32,000 bases of DNA from Propionibacteriaceae bacterium (lineage in GTDB: Bacteria; Actinomycetota; Actinomycetes; Propionibacteriales; Propionibacteriaceae): the NCBI GenBank assembly GCA_031256725.1, contig JAIRQE010000021.1:1-32000 (forward strand). The letters are read 5' to 3'. The position numbers were made by a program, and so were the translations under genes. Positions 15,521 to 24,179 of the stretch are shown here, one piece after another; within the stretch, counting starts at the first letter, position 1; each line of letters opens with the position of its first letter. The notes under the pieces are model-generated. The model had not been told where the DNA came from. It ran no database searches and saw only the letters and a list, made by a program, of their open reading frames with translations.

Positions 15521-17061
15521 AGAAAGTGGTGATCATCGGGGGAGGTCCAGCAGGACTTACGGCAGCCTATGAGCTTCTAGAAGCCGGAGGATTCGAGGTA
15601 ACCCTCCTGGAGGAATCTGAGGTCTTCGGAGGCATCTCACGTACAGTCGACTCCAATGGCAACCGAATGGATATCGGTGGCCATCGATTCTTCTCCAAGG
15701 ATACCCGGGTCACCGATTGGTGGGCTAAGTTTGTACGTCCTCAAGGAAAGCTGGCCAAGGACCAAATCCTCTTGGGTACGAAAGTAGACCTCGTGGAAGG
15801 CGGTGCTGATCCGGAATCTGAGGACCTTGTCATGCTGGAAAGAATCCGCGTATCAAGGATCTATTACCGCAATGCCTTCTTCGATTATCCTGTGTCTCTC
15901 AACTGGAACACCATCAAGAATATGGGCCTGGTGACCACCATGCGTGCAGGTTTCAGCTATCTGGCTACTCTCTTCCGCAAGCTCCCAGACGACAACCTGG
16001 AAAACTTCTATATCAACCGCTTCGGTAAGGTGCTCTATTCGATGTTCTTTGAGGGGTACACAGAAAAGCTCTGGGGTCGCCACCCTCGCGAAATCTCTGC
16101 CGAGTGGGGTGCCCAGCGGGTCAAGGGCCTATCTATTAGGGCTGTTCTTGCTGACATCTTTGGCAAGATCTTCAAGGTCAAGAACCGCAAGGTGGAGACC
16201 TCCCTGATTGAGAAATTCATCTACCCCAAGTACGGCCCAGGTCAACTGTGGACTCAGGTCGCTGAGGAGATTAGGACTCGAGGGGGAAAGGTCATCACAG
16301 GCGCATCCGTCACAGGTATCACCCGTAATAAGGTGGGCAAGATTACCAGCGTGACATGCTCCAATGGAGACAAGTACCCCTGCGATGAGCTCATCTCATC
16401 CATGCCAGTCAAGGATCTGGTTACTGCGATGGCTAAGGTTCCTGAGGAATCTGTACGTATTGCTGAGGGTCTGCCCTACCGTGATTTCCAGACTGTTGGG
16501 TTGCTCGTGCCCAATCAAAAATTCCTCCTGCGTAACAACGGGAAACACCCCACTGTTGGTGACATCACTCCGGATTGTTGGATCTATGTACAAGACACTT
16601 CTGTGACCCTGGGGCGTCTCCAGGTCTTCAACAACTGGTCCCCGTACATGGTCAAGGACCTTGAGAACACCGTGTGGATGGGGTTGGAGTATTTCAACGA
16701 CGAGGGGGATAAGTACTGGGAGATGTCCGATGAGGATTTCACCCGATTCGCCATCGAAGAGCTCATTAGAATCGGAGTGATCGCCTCTAAAGATGACGTG
16801 ATCCATTCCCACCGTGAGCACGTCAAAAAGGCCTACCCTGCGTACTTCGATACCCATGCTGAGTTCGATGAACTGCGAGCCTTCCTCGATACCATCGACA
16901 ATCTTTATTGTGTTGGGCGTAATGGACAGCATCGGTACAACAATATGGATCACTCCATGGTGACTGCCTTCGAAGCAGTATCCAACATCCTTTCGGGTAC
17001 CACCGACAACTCAAACATCTGGGATGTGAACACCGACCAGGAGTACCACGAGGAAAAGTGA
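15517..17061 (+). CDS. NAD(P)/FAD-dependent oxidoreductase (amine-oxidase / UDP-galactopyranose-mutase-like Rossmann flavoenzyme).
   Basis: ATGA overlap with the GtrA gene. The N-terminal dinucleotide fingerprint is [37 protein letters not shown], followed by GGHRFF. 514 aa. Confidence 0.9.
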   Translation: MKKVVIIGGGPAGLTAAYELLEAGGFEVTLLEESEVFGGISRTVDSNGNRMDIGGHRFFSKDTRVTDWWAKFVRPQGKLAKDQILLGTKVDLVEGGADPESEDLVMLERIRVSRIYYRNAFFDYPVSLNWNTIKNMGLVTTMRAGFSYLATLFRKLPDDNLENFYINRFGKVLYSMFFEGYTEKLWGRHPREISAEWGAQRVKGLSIRAVLADIFGKIFKVKNRKVETSLIEKFIYPKYGPGQLWTQVAEEIRTRGGKVITGASVTGITRNKVGKITSVTCSNGDKYPCDELISSMPVKDLVTAMAKVPEESVRIAEGLPYRDFQTVGLLVPNQKFLLRNNGKHPTVGDITPDCWIYVQDTSVTLGRLQVFNNWSPYMVKDLENTVWMGLEYFNDEGDKYWEMSDEDFTRFAIEELIRIGVIASKDDVIHSHREHVKKAYPAYFDTHAEFDELRAFLDTIDNLYCVGRNGQHRYNNMDHSMVTAFEAVSNILSGTTDNSNIWDVNTDQEYHEEK

Positions 17062-17067
17062 GGGAAT

Positions 17068-17310
17068 GTGTCAGGGAACGTATCTCGTGTGTCGTGGCAC
17101 CCCTTGAACATGAACGTGCCAATTCCGAACCGGCCCCAGAAGGAGTATCTGAGTTGGGAGCTTTCTGACGTAGATATACGAGGTGACTACAAGGGAACGA
17201 CACCAGGAAAGTGGAGTATGGATGTTTATTGGGATGAATCGAAGAATCGAGTCCCAGCAGGAGGAACGGTAGTTGAAAGTGGCGGTGTCGGTGGCGGCGG
17301 TTCTTGGTGA
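17068..17310 (+). CDS. Hypothetical small protein (80 aa, or 66 aa from ATG 17110) ending in GGVGGGGSW.
   Basis: Open frame starting 7 nt after the oxidoreductase stop. I recognised no family. The C-terminus mimics that of the DUF2207-like protein 2.5 kb downstream. The start codon and SD are weak. Confidence 0.3.
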   Translation: MSGNVSRVSWHPLNMNVPIPNRPQKEYLSWELSDVDIRGDYKGTTPGKWSMDVYWDESKNRVPAGGTVVESGGVGGGGSW

Positions 17311-17320
17311 GAACCTGACG

Positions 17321-17731
17321 ATGAGTACGGAACAACTTGAATTCCTGGAATTGCTAAATACAATTCCAGTTCCAAGTAAATGCTCACTCGAAGCCATCAT
17401 TGATACTTTCCAAGCAAATATCATTAAAATATCTACAGAAATCAAGGGAGACTCCCTTGTATTTCTTTCTTCCGGGTTTATTATTACAGCGTCAAGCGAT
17501 ATTTCTTCGTCCGTGGTTATCCAGACCAATATTGATTTAGATATAAATAAATATCCGGAGCTAGCCGTCCTTGCGCGGGCGTATGCGATGAAACACCGTG
17601 TGTCCCTGGAAGCGTATTACTTTCACGACACTCGTCAAGCCATGTTTGCCTTTGGAACCATGGATGGGACTTTACAACTTGAAAACCTTAGTGAGATTCC
17701 AGTTTCCGGAGCACTGAGCCGTCAACTATGA
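17321..17731 (+). CDS. Hypothetical protein (137 aa), AT-rich orphan gene.
   Basis: ATG lies 10 nt after the preceding ORF stop. This is the only long frame in a region whose hand-counted G+C is 23/60 and 20/60 for lines 17341 and 17401, versus 37/60 for line 16081. No TM segment and no recognisable motif. A hairpin follows at 17779-17816. Confidence 0.5.
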   Translation: MSTEQLEFLELLNTIPVPSKCSLEAIIDTFQANIIKISTEIKGDSLVFLSSGFIITASSDISSSVVIQTNIDLDINKYPELAVLARAYAMKHRVSLEAYYFHDTRQAMFAFGTMDGTLQLENLSEIPVSGALSRQL

Positions 17732-17877
17732 AATGATATTGCATTGAAATACGAGTCATGCCAGGTTTGGAGAGCAACCACCAGCAATCCATCCATCAAT
17801 GGATCCGCTGGTGGTAGGCAAGACGGTCCGGGTTCAGTGTAGAAGCTATAAAAAGATGGCGAATTTGTTAAGGGTGC

Positions 17878-17915
17878 GGAACCTGATAATCATAAAGGAA
17901 CCTGATAATCATAAA
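17878..17915 (+). repeat. Perfect 19-bp tandem duplication (2 copies) upstream of the DUF2207-like gene.
   Basis: GGAACCTGATAATCATAAA occurs at 17878-17896 and again at 17897-17915 with no mismatch. The pair ends 30 nt before the GTG at 17946. Confidence 0.95.
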
Positions 17916-17945
17916 ATCGTGAGGCAAGGGCGTACACTGGGATAT

Positions 17946-19775
17946 GTGAAGCGTCTACTCCATGCCATTGCGGCGGCTCTGATTGTCATTGGTCTTTCGT
18001 TTATCGCGCCTAGTGCTCATGCTGCGAGTGACACCATCACTCGGTTTGATGTACACGCTGTTGTTGATAAGGATGGTGTCTTCACGGTGACCCAGACTAT
18101 CGACATGGCTTTCGCCTATTCTGGCCACGGTATCTATGCGTGGTACATCACCCGCCAAGGATACGATGACACCCAGGATCGACGCATCAACTACACAAAC
18201 TTCAAGGTCAGTTCTCCAACGGGAGCTCCCACTTGGATGGAAACCTCAACAGGAGACAAGCACATATCCCTGAGAATTGGTGATCCAGATAGATCAGTCA
18301 CTGGTACTCAGACCTATGTCATCACCTATACGGCATCTGGGATAGTCAACCCCCATGTTATTCAGTCGGGCATGGATGAAATTTATTGGAACGTTGTCGG
18401 CACTGCGTGGGAGGTGCCAATCGAGAACATCTCAATCACTATCGAGAGCCCCTCCGATGTTCAGCAGACCATCTGTTATACCGGTTCTGACTATAAGGCT
18501 CCCTGTACGAATCACACTGCGGAGGGCCGTGTGGCAAGCTTCCATCAGGATTCTTTGAATCCCGGCCAAGGGTTCGCAGTTGTGGGTGGCTGGCCTGTCG
18601 GCTCCTTCCCTGGAGCAACACTTGATCTGGTACCCAGTTCCCAGAATCCCTTCGATCTTGCTAGTGGTGGAGCCAAAGCAGCAGGTGGTGCTGGTGTACT
18701 CTCAGTCATCGCTGGATTCCTGCTGACCAGGATCAACAAGAGGGGCCGTGACGAGCAGTTCGCCAACGTCACTCCTGGGATGGTCCCAGTAACCGGCGAC
18801 AAGGTCGAGATTAAGTACGAAGAGGTCAAGGATGCAGCCGTACAATTCCAACCTCCACAAGGGATTCCACCACGCCTAGTCTCAGCAGTGGTACGCGAAG
18901 GTACCTCCGACGATGACATCACAGCAACCATCATCGATTTGGCGGTACGAGGGTACCTCCACTTTGAGCAGGGTGAGGGTAGCGACTTCACGATCAGACG
19001 TACATCACTCGAACCCCATGGGCTCACAGCTGTGGAACAAAGAATCTATGACGGGTTATTCTCCTTGGGGCCGGTTGTCACCAGAGCGACCATGTCGAGT
19101 CAGGGTTTCTATTCGACCTATCAAAGCTTCCAGTCCCTGACCAGCAAAGAGTTCAATGCACAGGGGTGGTACAAATCCAGCCCACGAGCCGTCGTCAGTG
19201 CCTGGCGCATCGGTGGTCTGCTTATCGCTCTCATGGGTGGCGCAGGGGCAGTATTCGTTGGTGGACAATTCGCGCGAAACGGACTCCTTGGCGTTGGATG
19301 GATGGCCATCCCCTTCATCCTCCTCGGATTGGGGATGATGGCTCTCGCCAAGAGGATGCCCGTACGTACCGCTGTCGGCTCAGCTGTAGCCATCCAATCC
19401 TTCGGCTTCAAGAAATACCTGGAAACTGCGGAAGCCAAACAGATTAAATGGGAGGAAGGACAAGATATCTTCTCGCAATACCTTCCCTATGCCATTGGGT
19501 TTGGTTGCGCCGACAGGTGGGCCAAGATCTTTGAAGAATTGGTCGCCATGGGTGCACCTGTACCTCACCCCATTTGGTACACAGGGTATGGACGGATGCC
19601 CATCTGGATGTCGATCAACAACTCTGTTGGTTCCATAGAGTCGACCTTCGGGGAGTCACTGCGTGAGCATGTGGCCGCCCAGGCTCAGGCCACGGGTGGT
19701 TCCTCGGGAGGATCAGGGTTCTCAGGTGGCGGTTTTGGTGGTGGCGTCGGCGGCGGAGGCGGCGGATCCTGGTAG
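17946..19775 (+). CDS. DUF2207-like membrane protein: N-terminal extracytoplasmic domain, internal TM cluster, glycine-rich C-terminus.
   Basis: From GTG 17946 the protein begins with a signal/anchor, KRLLHAIAAALIVIGLSFIAPSAHA. The architecture is an extracellular domain, a TM at GGAGVLSVIAGFLLT, a cytoplasmic segment, 2-3 further TM segments, and a tail GGSSGGSGFSGGGFGGGVGGGGGGSW, as I recall for DUF2207. The track start at 17799 lies inside a hairpin and is unlikely. Confidence 0.75.
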   Translation: MKRLLHAIAAALIVIGLSFIAPSAHAASDTITRFDVHAVVDKDGVFTVTQTIDMAFAYSGHGIYAWYITRQGYDDTQDRRINYTNFKVSSPTGAPTWMETSTGDKHISLRIGDPDRSVTGTQTYVITYTASGIVNPHVIQSGMDEIYWNVVGTAWEVPIENISITIESPSDVQQTICYTGSDYKAPCTNHTAEGRVASFHQDSLNPGQGFAVVGGWPVGSFPGATLDLVPSSQNPFDLASGGAKAAGGAGVLSVIAGFLLTRINKRGRDEQFANVTPGMVPVTGDKVEIKYEEVKDAAVQFQPPQGIPPRLVSAVVREGTSDDDITATIIDLAVRGYLHFEQGEGSDFTIRRTSLEPHGLTAVEQRIYDGLFSLGPVVTRATMSSQGFYSTYQSFQSLTSKEFNAQGWYKSSPRAVVSAWRIGGLLIALMGGAGAVFVGGQFARNGLLGVGWMAIPFILLGLGMMALAKRMPVRTAVGSAVAIQSFGFKKYLETAEAKQIKWEEGQDIFSQYLPYAIGFGCADRWAKIFEELVAMGAPVPHPIWYTGYGRMPIWMSINNSVGSIESTFGESLREHVAAQAQATGGSSGGSGFSGGGFGGGVGGGGGGSW

Positions 19776-19894
19776 CCCGGATGACGTGACATTGTAGGCG
19801 ATGGTAGAGTTTAGGGGCGACTTGGGAAAGGGTCGCGCAACCTACGATCCGAGTTGAAGTCAGCCGGTTTGTACATGTGGAAAGGGGTGCAGGA

Positions 19895-21781
19895 ATGTTC
19901 TGCCAACAGTGCGGCTTCAACTTTTCTGACGATCAGTCCGCGTGCCCATCGTGTCGTACACCAGCGACACCAGTCAATCCTTGGGTGACGGCTTTTCCTG
20001 CCTCTGATGGCGCACAATTGCCTTCCAACCCTTGGTCTGGGTTCGGTGCAGCGGGTGCCACTTCACAGCCTCCCGCGCCCAAGCCTCCCGCGACGACTCC
20101 CACACCACTGCCATGGGAGACCTCCCAGCCAGCGGCAACACCGTGGACTTCCGCAGCTCCTTCAGCCCCTTCAGTACCTGCGTATCCTCAATCGTCCACT
20201 CCTACTCCACCACCGAGAACACCAGACGAATCCCATTCGGGTGGAATCGGGGATCTTGTTGCCCGATTCCGCGACCAGGCGATTACGCCGACCCCCGCTT
20301 GGGATGACAGCCTCCCAGATCTCTCTACCGACTCTGGTATTGCGAAATTTGAGGCTATGTACGGGCCGGGCGTCCCTCCTCTTACACCACCACCTCCAGC
20401 GCCTGTGACTCCACCAGTGAGCCAGCCGCCACCGGTTCCATTCACAGCGAGTCAACCACCTGTGGCTGTACCTCCCCCGGTTCCTCCGATGAGTTCATCT
20501 CCCCCAAGTTCTCAAATGCCATCTTTCCCACCTGCTGTGTCACCGCTCGCGTCGCCTCCAGTGACTGCACCTATGGCAACCCCACCTGTCGAAAGCCCAC
20601 AAGCGGATTCTTCGGCCCGATCCTGGTTGGGTGCAGGCCTTCCATCAGTGGTACCACCCTCCCAAGTTCCTCAGTGGGCTGCCGGATCCCCGCCACCGCC
20701 TGTGGCTCCTTCGCCGATCAAGCCGCCCCCTCCAGTTGTGGATGAGTCTGCTCATCCGCCTCTGATCTCGTCAACCCCTTCTGCGGAAGATACCCCACCT
20801 TCGACTCTCGAGTTGATGCTGGGCGTGGCCTCACCGCCACTTCCTCCAGGGATACTTCCTCCCAAGCCGACTGCATCGACTGGGCCTTCCACGACTCCAC
20901 GTCTGGATGCCCTTGTTGCTGAGCCACCGCCGACTCCGCTAACTCCACCGGAGCCCGCCTTCCCATCCATGGCACCTGGGCCATCTCAGCCCCCCCCATG
21001 GACTATCTCCTTGACTCCGGTCGTACCACCAGAGCCTATTTCTGTGCCAAGTGTGGATTCTCTTCTGGAATCGAAACCGCGAACTCCTGAAACACCAGAA
21101 AAGCCTTTCGCTACGCCTTTGTTGGACTCGGAGTTGACTTCAAGCGAGTCCAAGTCTTCGCGCCCGAGGTCCACCTTCGACAGCCCATTGCTCGACATAG
21201 GTCTTGGTGACGATCCTAAGCCTGTGGCTCCGAAGGCCCCTGTACTTGACTCCACAGCCCCCATGGCTACGCCTGTTTTTGATGATCCGCCGCCGGCTAT
21301 ACCTCCGTGGGCGCAGCCACAGAAACCGCAGACCTCGTCGTTGCCAGATTCGCTCTTCCGTGACGCTGATTCTTCCTCAGTACGCTCCGATGCCGGATAT
21401 ACCCCAGCCTTATCGGCACAAACCAGCGGTATTCAGCATCCTGAGGCTCTGGGATTGGATTCGATTCTGCGCGATGATCCTCGTCCCCCGACAGGTCCCT
21501 CAGGATTCCCTGGAGCTCCTAGACCTGCCAATGATCCGTGGGGCCCCTCAGGAATCGGAGATCGTACAGGCCCTCAGCAACGGTTGGAGGAGACTGGCTC
21601 CGGTTACCTTGAAGCGCCCTTGGGTGACGGCAAGGCAGTGATTGTGGGTGGGCGTACCTCCCATGAAGTGACCAATAACAACGCCAAACGGGACAAACAA
21701 ACCCTATCTATCGTCTTGTTTATCGTCTTTGGCATGGTACTCATCGCTATTGCTGCAGCCCTCTTCCTGCTCCTGTTCTAA
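19895..21781 (+). CDS. Zinc-ribbon / proline-rich / C-terminal TM (tail-anchored) protein.
   Basis: MFCQQCGFNFSDDQSACPSCRTP is a CxxC...CxxC zinc ribbon. About 560 aa of P/S/T/A-rich low complexity follows, then a single C-terminal TM (LSIVLFIVFGMVLIAIAAALFLLLF). An AGGGG SD lies ~10 nt upstream of ATG 19895. Confidence 0.75.
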   Translation: MFCQQCGFNFSDDQSACPSCRTPATPVNPWVTAFPASDGAQLPSNPWSGFGAAGATSQPPAPKPPATTPTPLPWETSQPAATPWTSAAPSAPSVPAYPQSSTPTPPPRTPDESHSGGIGDLVARFRDQAITPTPAWDDSLPDLSTDSGIAKFEAMYGPGVPPLTPPPPAPVTPPVSQPPPVPFTASQPPVAVPPPVPPMSSSPPSSQMPSFPPAVSPLASPPVTAPMATPPVESPQADSSARSWLGAGLPSVVPPSQVPQWAAGSPPPPVAPSPIKPPPPVVDESAHPPLISSTPSAEDTPPSTLELMLGVASPPLPPGILPPKPTASTGPSTTPRLDALVAEPPPTPLTPPEPAFPSMAPGPSQPPPWTISLTPVVPPEPISVPSVDSLLESKPRTPETPEKPFATPLLDSELTSSESKSSRPRSTFDSPLLDIGLGDDPKPVAPKAPVLDSTAPMATPVFDDPPPAIPPWAQPQKPQTSSLPDSLFRDADSSSVRSDAGYTPALSAQTSGIQHPEALGLDSILRDDPRPPTGPSGFPGAPRPANDPWGPSGIGDRTGPQQRLEETGSGYLEAPLGDGKAVIVGGRTSHEVTNNNAKRDKQTLSIVLFIVFGMVLIAIAAALFLLLF

Positions 21782-21803
21782 ATCTGACGACTACAATAGT
21801 CTT

Positions 21804-22829
21804 GTGATCCTTGCTGCAGTTGATGGGTCTTCCCTCGCGAACCCTGGTCCAAGTGGGTGGGCGTGGTACATCGACGACTCCCATTGGGAGGCTGGCGGTT
21901 GGGTCAGGGGTACGAACAACATGGGTGAACTCCAGGCTGTCATTTCGCTCTTGGAGGCCACAGCCCATCTGGATGACACTTTGAGGATCCTTGCCGATTC
22001 ACAGTATGTGATCAATTGTTGTACTCGGTGGATTCCGACGTGGAAGAGCCGTGGGTGGCGTAAAGCAGACAATAAGCCGGTCTTGAACCTGGACATGATG
22101 AAGGCCTTGGATGAGCTTCTCACGGACCGCAAGGTCACTTTCCAATGGGTACGTGGCCACACGGGGAACCCTATGAATGAGAAGGCCGACGAACTGGCGA
22201 GGGCGGCTGCTACAGCTTTTCAACAGGGTATGCCTTTGAGATCTGGGCCAGGATTTTCCAAGGTTGCCAAATCTCGCGACAGCAAGGGATCCGACATCAA
22301 TGCAGTGGATGTGGATGAGATCCTTGCTGTGGCTGACAACACCGTTGACAACACTATTGAGGATTCTGACAACACCCTACCCCTTCAACCGGACCTCGGG
22401 ATTCCTCTCGGTCCCATGGACACGGGCACCAAACCCCAAGGAACCGACACCACATCCATGGAAACGACCACCACCGTGAGGTCGGACAACACTTCCTTGA
22501 TTGTGGACATCACCGAACTCACACGCGAACTCATGAGTGATGAAGTACAACTCGACCGTGACCGCTTAGCAGACCTCATGCATCCAGAATTCGTGGCACA
22601 CCTACCGGAAGGGATCATCCGTACAAAAGGTTCGATCATTGCCCGCCCAGCAGCCCTATCCGGTACAGTTCACCTAGATGTCTATGGGGCGGATCTTCTG
22701 GGAGAGGACGCCATCCTGTTGAGGTACAGGATGAAAAGGAACTCCCAAGATTACCTCTGTGCGATCCTATGGCAGCGTACAGGCCGTGAATGGCAGGCAC
22801 GGTTCCATCAGATGACGGCTGTCACCTAA
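21804..22829 (+). CDS. rnhA: Ribonuclease HI fused to an acidic linker and a C-terminal NTF2/SnoaL-like (DUF4440-like) domain.
   Basis: The RNase H core is ILAAVDGSSLANPGPSGWAWY...GTNNMGELQAV...ILADSQYV...WVRGHTGNPMNEKADELA, with the DEDD residues in order. A D/T-rich linker follows, then ~120 aa (ELMSDEVQLDRDRLADLMHPEFVAHLPEG...WQRTGREWQARFHQMT). GTG 21804 is the first start after the upstream stop. Confidence 0.85.
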   Translation: MILAAVDGSSLANPGPSGWAWYIDDSHWEAGGWVRGTNNMGELQAVISLLEATAHLDDTLRILADSQYVINCCTRWIPTWKSRGWRKADNKPVLNLDMMKALDELLTDRKVTFQWVRGHTGNPMNEKADELARAAATAFQQGMPLRSGPGFSKVAKSRDSKGSDINAVDVDEILAVADNTVDNTIEDSDNTLPLQPDLGIPLGPMDTGTKPQGTDTTSMETTTTVRSDNTSLIVDITELTRELMSDEVQLDRDRLADLMHPEFVAHLPEGIIRTKGSIIARPAALSGTVHLDVYGADLLGEDAILLRYRMKRNSQDYLCAILWQRTGREWQARFHQMTAVT

Positions 22830-22844
22830 AGGAAAGGGGAAGTA

Positions 22845-24176
22845 ATGCGATCCAAGCGCGCAAGCCTGATTGCCATCTTCATGGCCTTAATTGTACTTAT
22901 CTTAAGCCTGGGAGTCCTGGGAGCATCCTCGTTCGGAGTCTTCTCTCCACCCTATGGAACCCTTGATCCTGAGGAATATGCCCTACCCCTGCCTGAGACC
23001 AAGTCTCCCGATCCTGGATTCGATGACATTGATCCGAGTCTCACCCTTGACAAAGCCGCTCTCCAACAGAATCTCATGGCCCTGTCGCGGACAAGTGCCT
23101 CAGCCTTCAGTTTCAGCGTATGGGACCTTCAAGGTACCCAACTTGCAGCCTTGGAGCCCACGACCACGAGGGTACCAGCCTCATCCATGAAGAGTCTCAC
23201 TTCCATGGCTGTACTGGCCGCCTATGGATCCAATCATCGCTTCCCAACCACTGTGGTACCTTCTGCTACTGGGATCGTCCTCGTCGGGGGAGGGGACCCG
23301 TACCTTACAGGGAAGGATCGCTTCCACCCATGGCAGGCGCATATCAACGATCTGGCTGACCAAGTCGTTGAGAAGCTTGCTGCCCAGGGCACAACCAGCG
23401 TCACCCTTGGCTACGATGATTCCCTCTTCTCCGGTACAGGGTGGGCCCCAACCTGGCTAGCGAGTTTCGGAGCAGATGTCGCGCCGATCACTGCCCTATC
23501 CGTTGATCCGAAGGTATCGAACTCAGCCAATACCTCAGCCCTAGCTGCTAATGCCTTCGCGGCAGTACTCGCTTCCAAGGGGATCAAGGTGACGGCAACC
23601 CGCTCGGAGAAGGCTCCCCAAGCTGATCCCCTGGGTGTCGTCAAATCCGTTCCCCTAGGCCTGATCGTACAAAGGGCTATGGAAAACTCCGACAACTTCG
23701 CCACCGAAGTACTCTTCCGACATGTAGCGATCGCTGCTGGTCTCGCTGGTTCCCATCAGGGGGGACAACAGGCTTTGGAGTCCTATCTGCAGTCTGTGGG
23801 TCTGTGGGCTCCAGGCATGGCTGTCCATGACGGTTCAGGGCTCTCCCTTCAAAACAGGGTGTCCACAGATGTCTTTGCTAAGGCCATGAACATAGCCCTC
23901 AAAGACCCGCAGCTCTCCGATGTCATACGAGGGTTGCCAGTGGCAGGAGTTGAAGGTACCCTCACCTCGCGGTTCGATGATGCGGCTGAATTTCCAGGAC
24001 GTGGGGTGGTACGAGCCAAAACTGGTACACATTATAAGGAGCGTTCTCTGACTGGGATAGTACAAACTCAATCAGGGGCTGTAGTCACCTTCTCGTTCCT
24101 TGTTGAAGGCATCACCAACCACGCAGCTGCCCTCAACTGGTTGGATCGGGCTGCAGCGATCCTAGCCTCCTCTTAA
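22845..24176 (+). CDS. dacB: D-alanyl-D-alanine carboxypeptidase/endopeptidase (PBP4, peptidase S13).
   Basis: N-terminal TM/signal segment. Motifs: SxxK (ASSMKSLT), SxN (NSDNFATE) and KTG (AKTGTH). The SD GGAAAGGGGAAG precedes the ATG. Confidence 0.9.
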   Translation: MRSKRASLIAIFMALIVLILSLGVLGASSFGVFSPPYGTLDPEEYALPLPETKSPDPGFDDIDPSLTLDKAALQQNLMALSRTSASAFSFSVWDLQGTQLAALEPTTTRVPASSMKSLTSMAVLAAYGSNHRFPTTVVPSATGIVLVGGGDPYLTGKDRFHPWQAHINDLADQVVEKLAAQGTTSVTLGYDDSLFSGTGWAPTWLASFGADVAPITALSVDPKVSNSANTSALAANAFAAVLASKGIKVTATRSEKAPQADPLGVVKSVPLGLIVQRAMENSDNFATEVLFRHVAIAAGLAGSHQGGQQALESYLQSVGLWAPGMAVHDGSGLSLQNRVSTDVFAKAMNIALKDPQLSDVIRGLPVAGVEGTLTSRFDDAAEFPGRGVVRAKTGTHYKERSLTGIVQTQSGAVVTFSFLVEGITNHAAALNWLDRAAAILASS

Positions 24177-24179
24177 GCC

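Noticed and set aside
20007-21641. Alternative-frame ORFs inside the proline-rich gene (20007-20408, 20032-20307, 21204-21641 and minus-strand ones)
   Set aside because: These are a by-product of CCN/GCN-rich repetitive coding sequence. Only the 19895 frame connects a zinc ribbon to a terminal TM segment.
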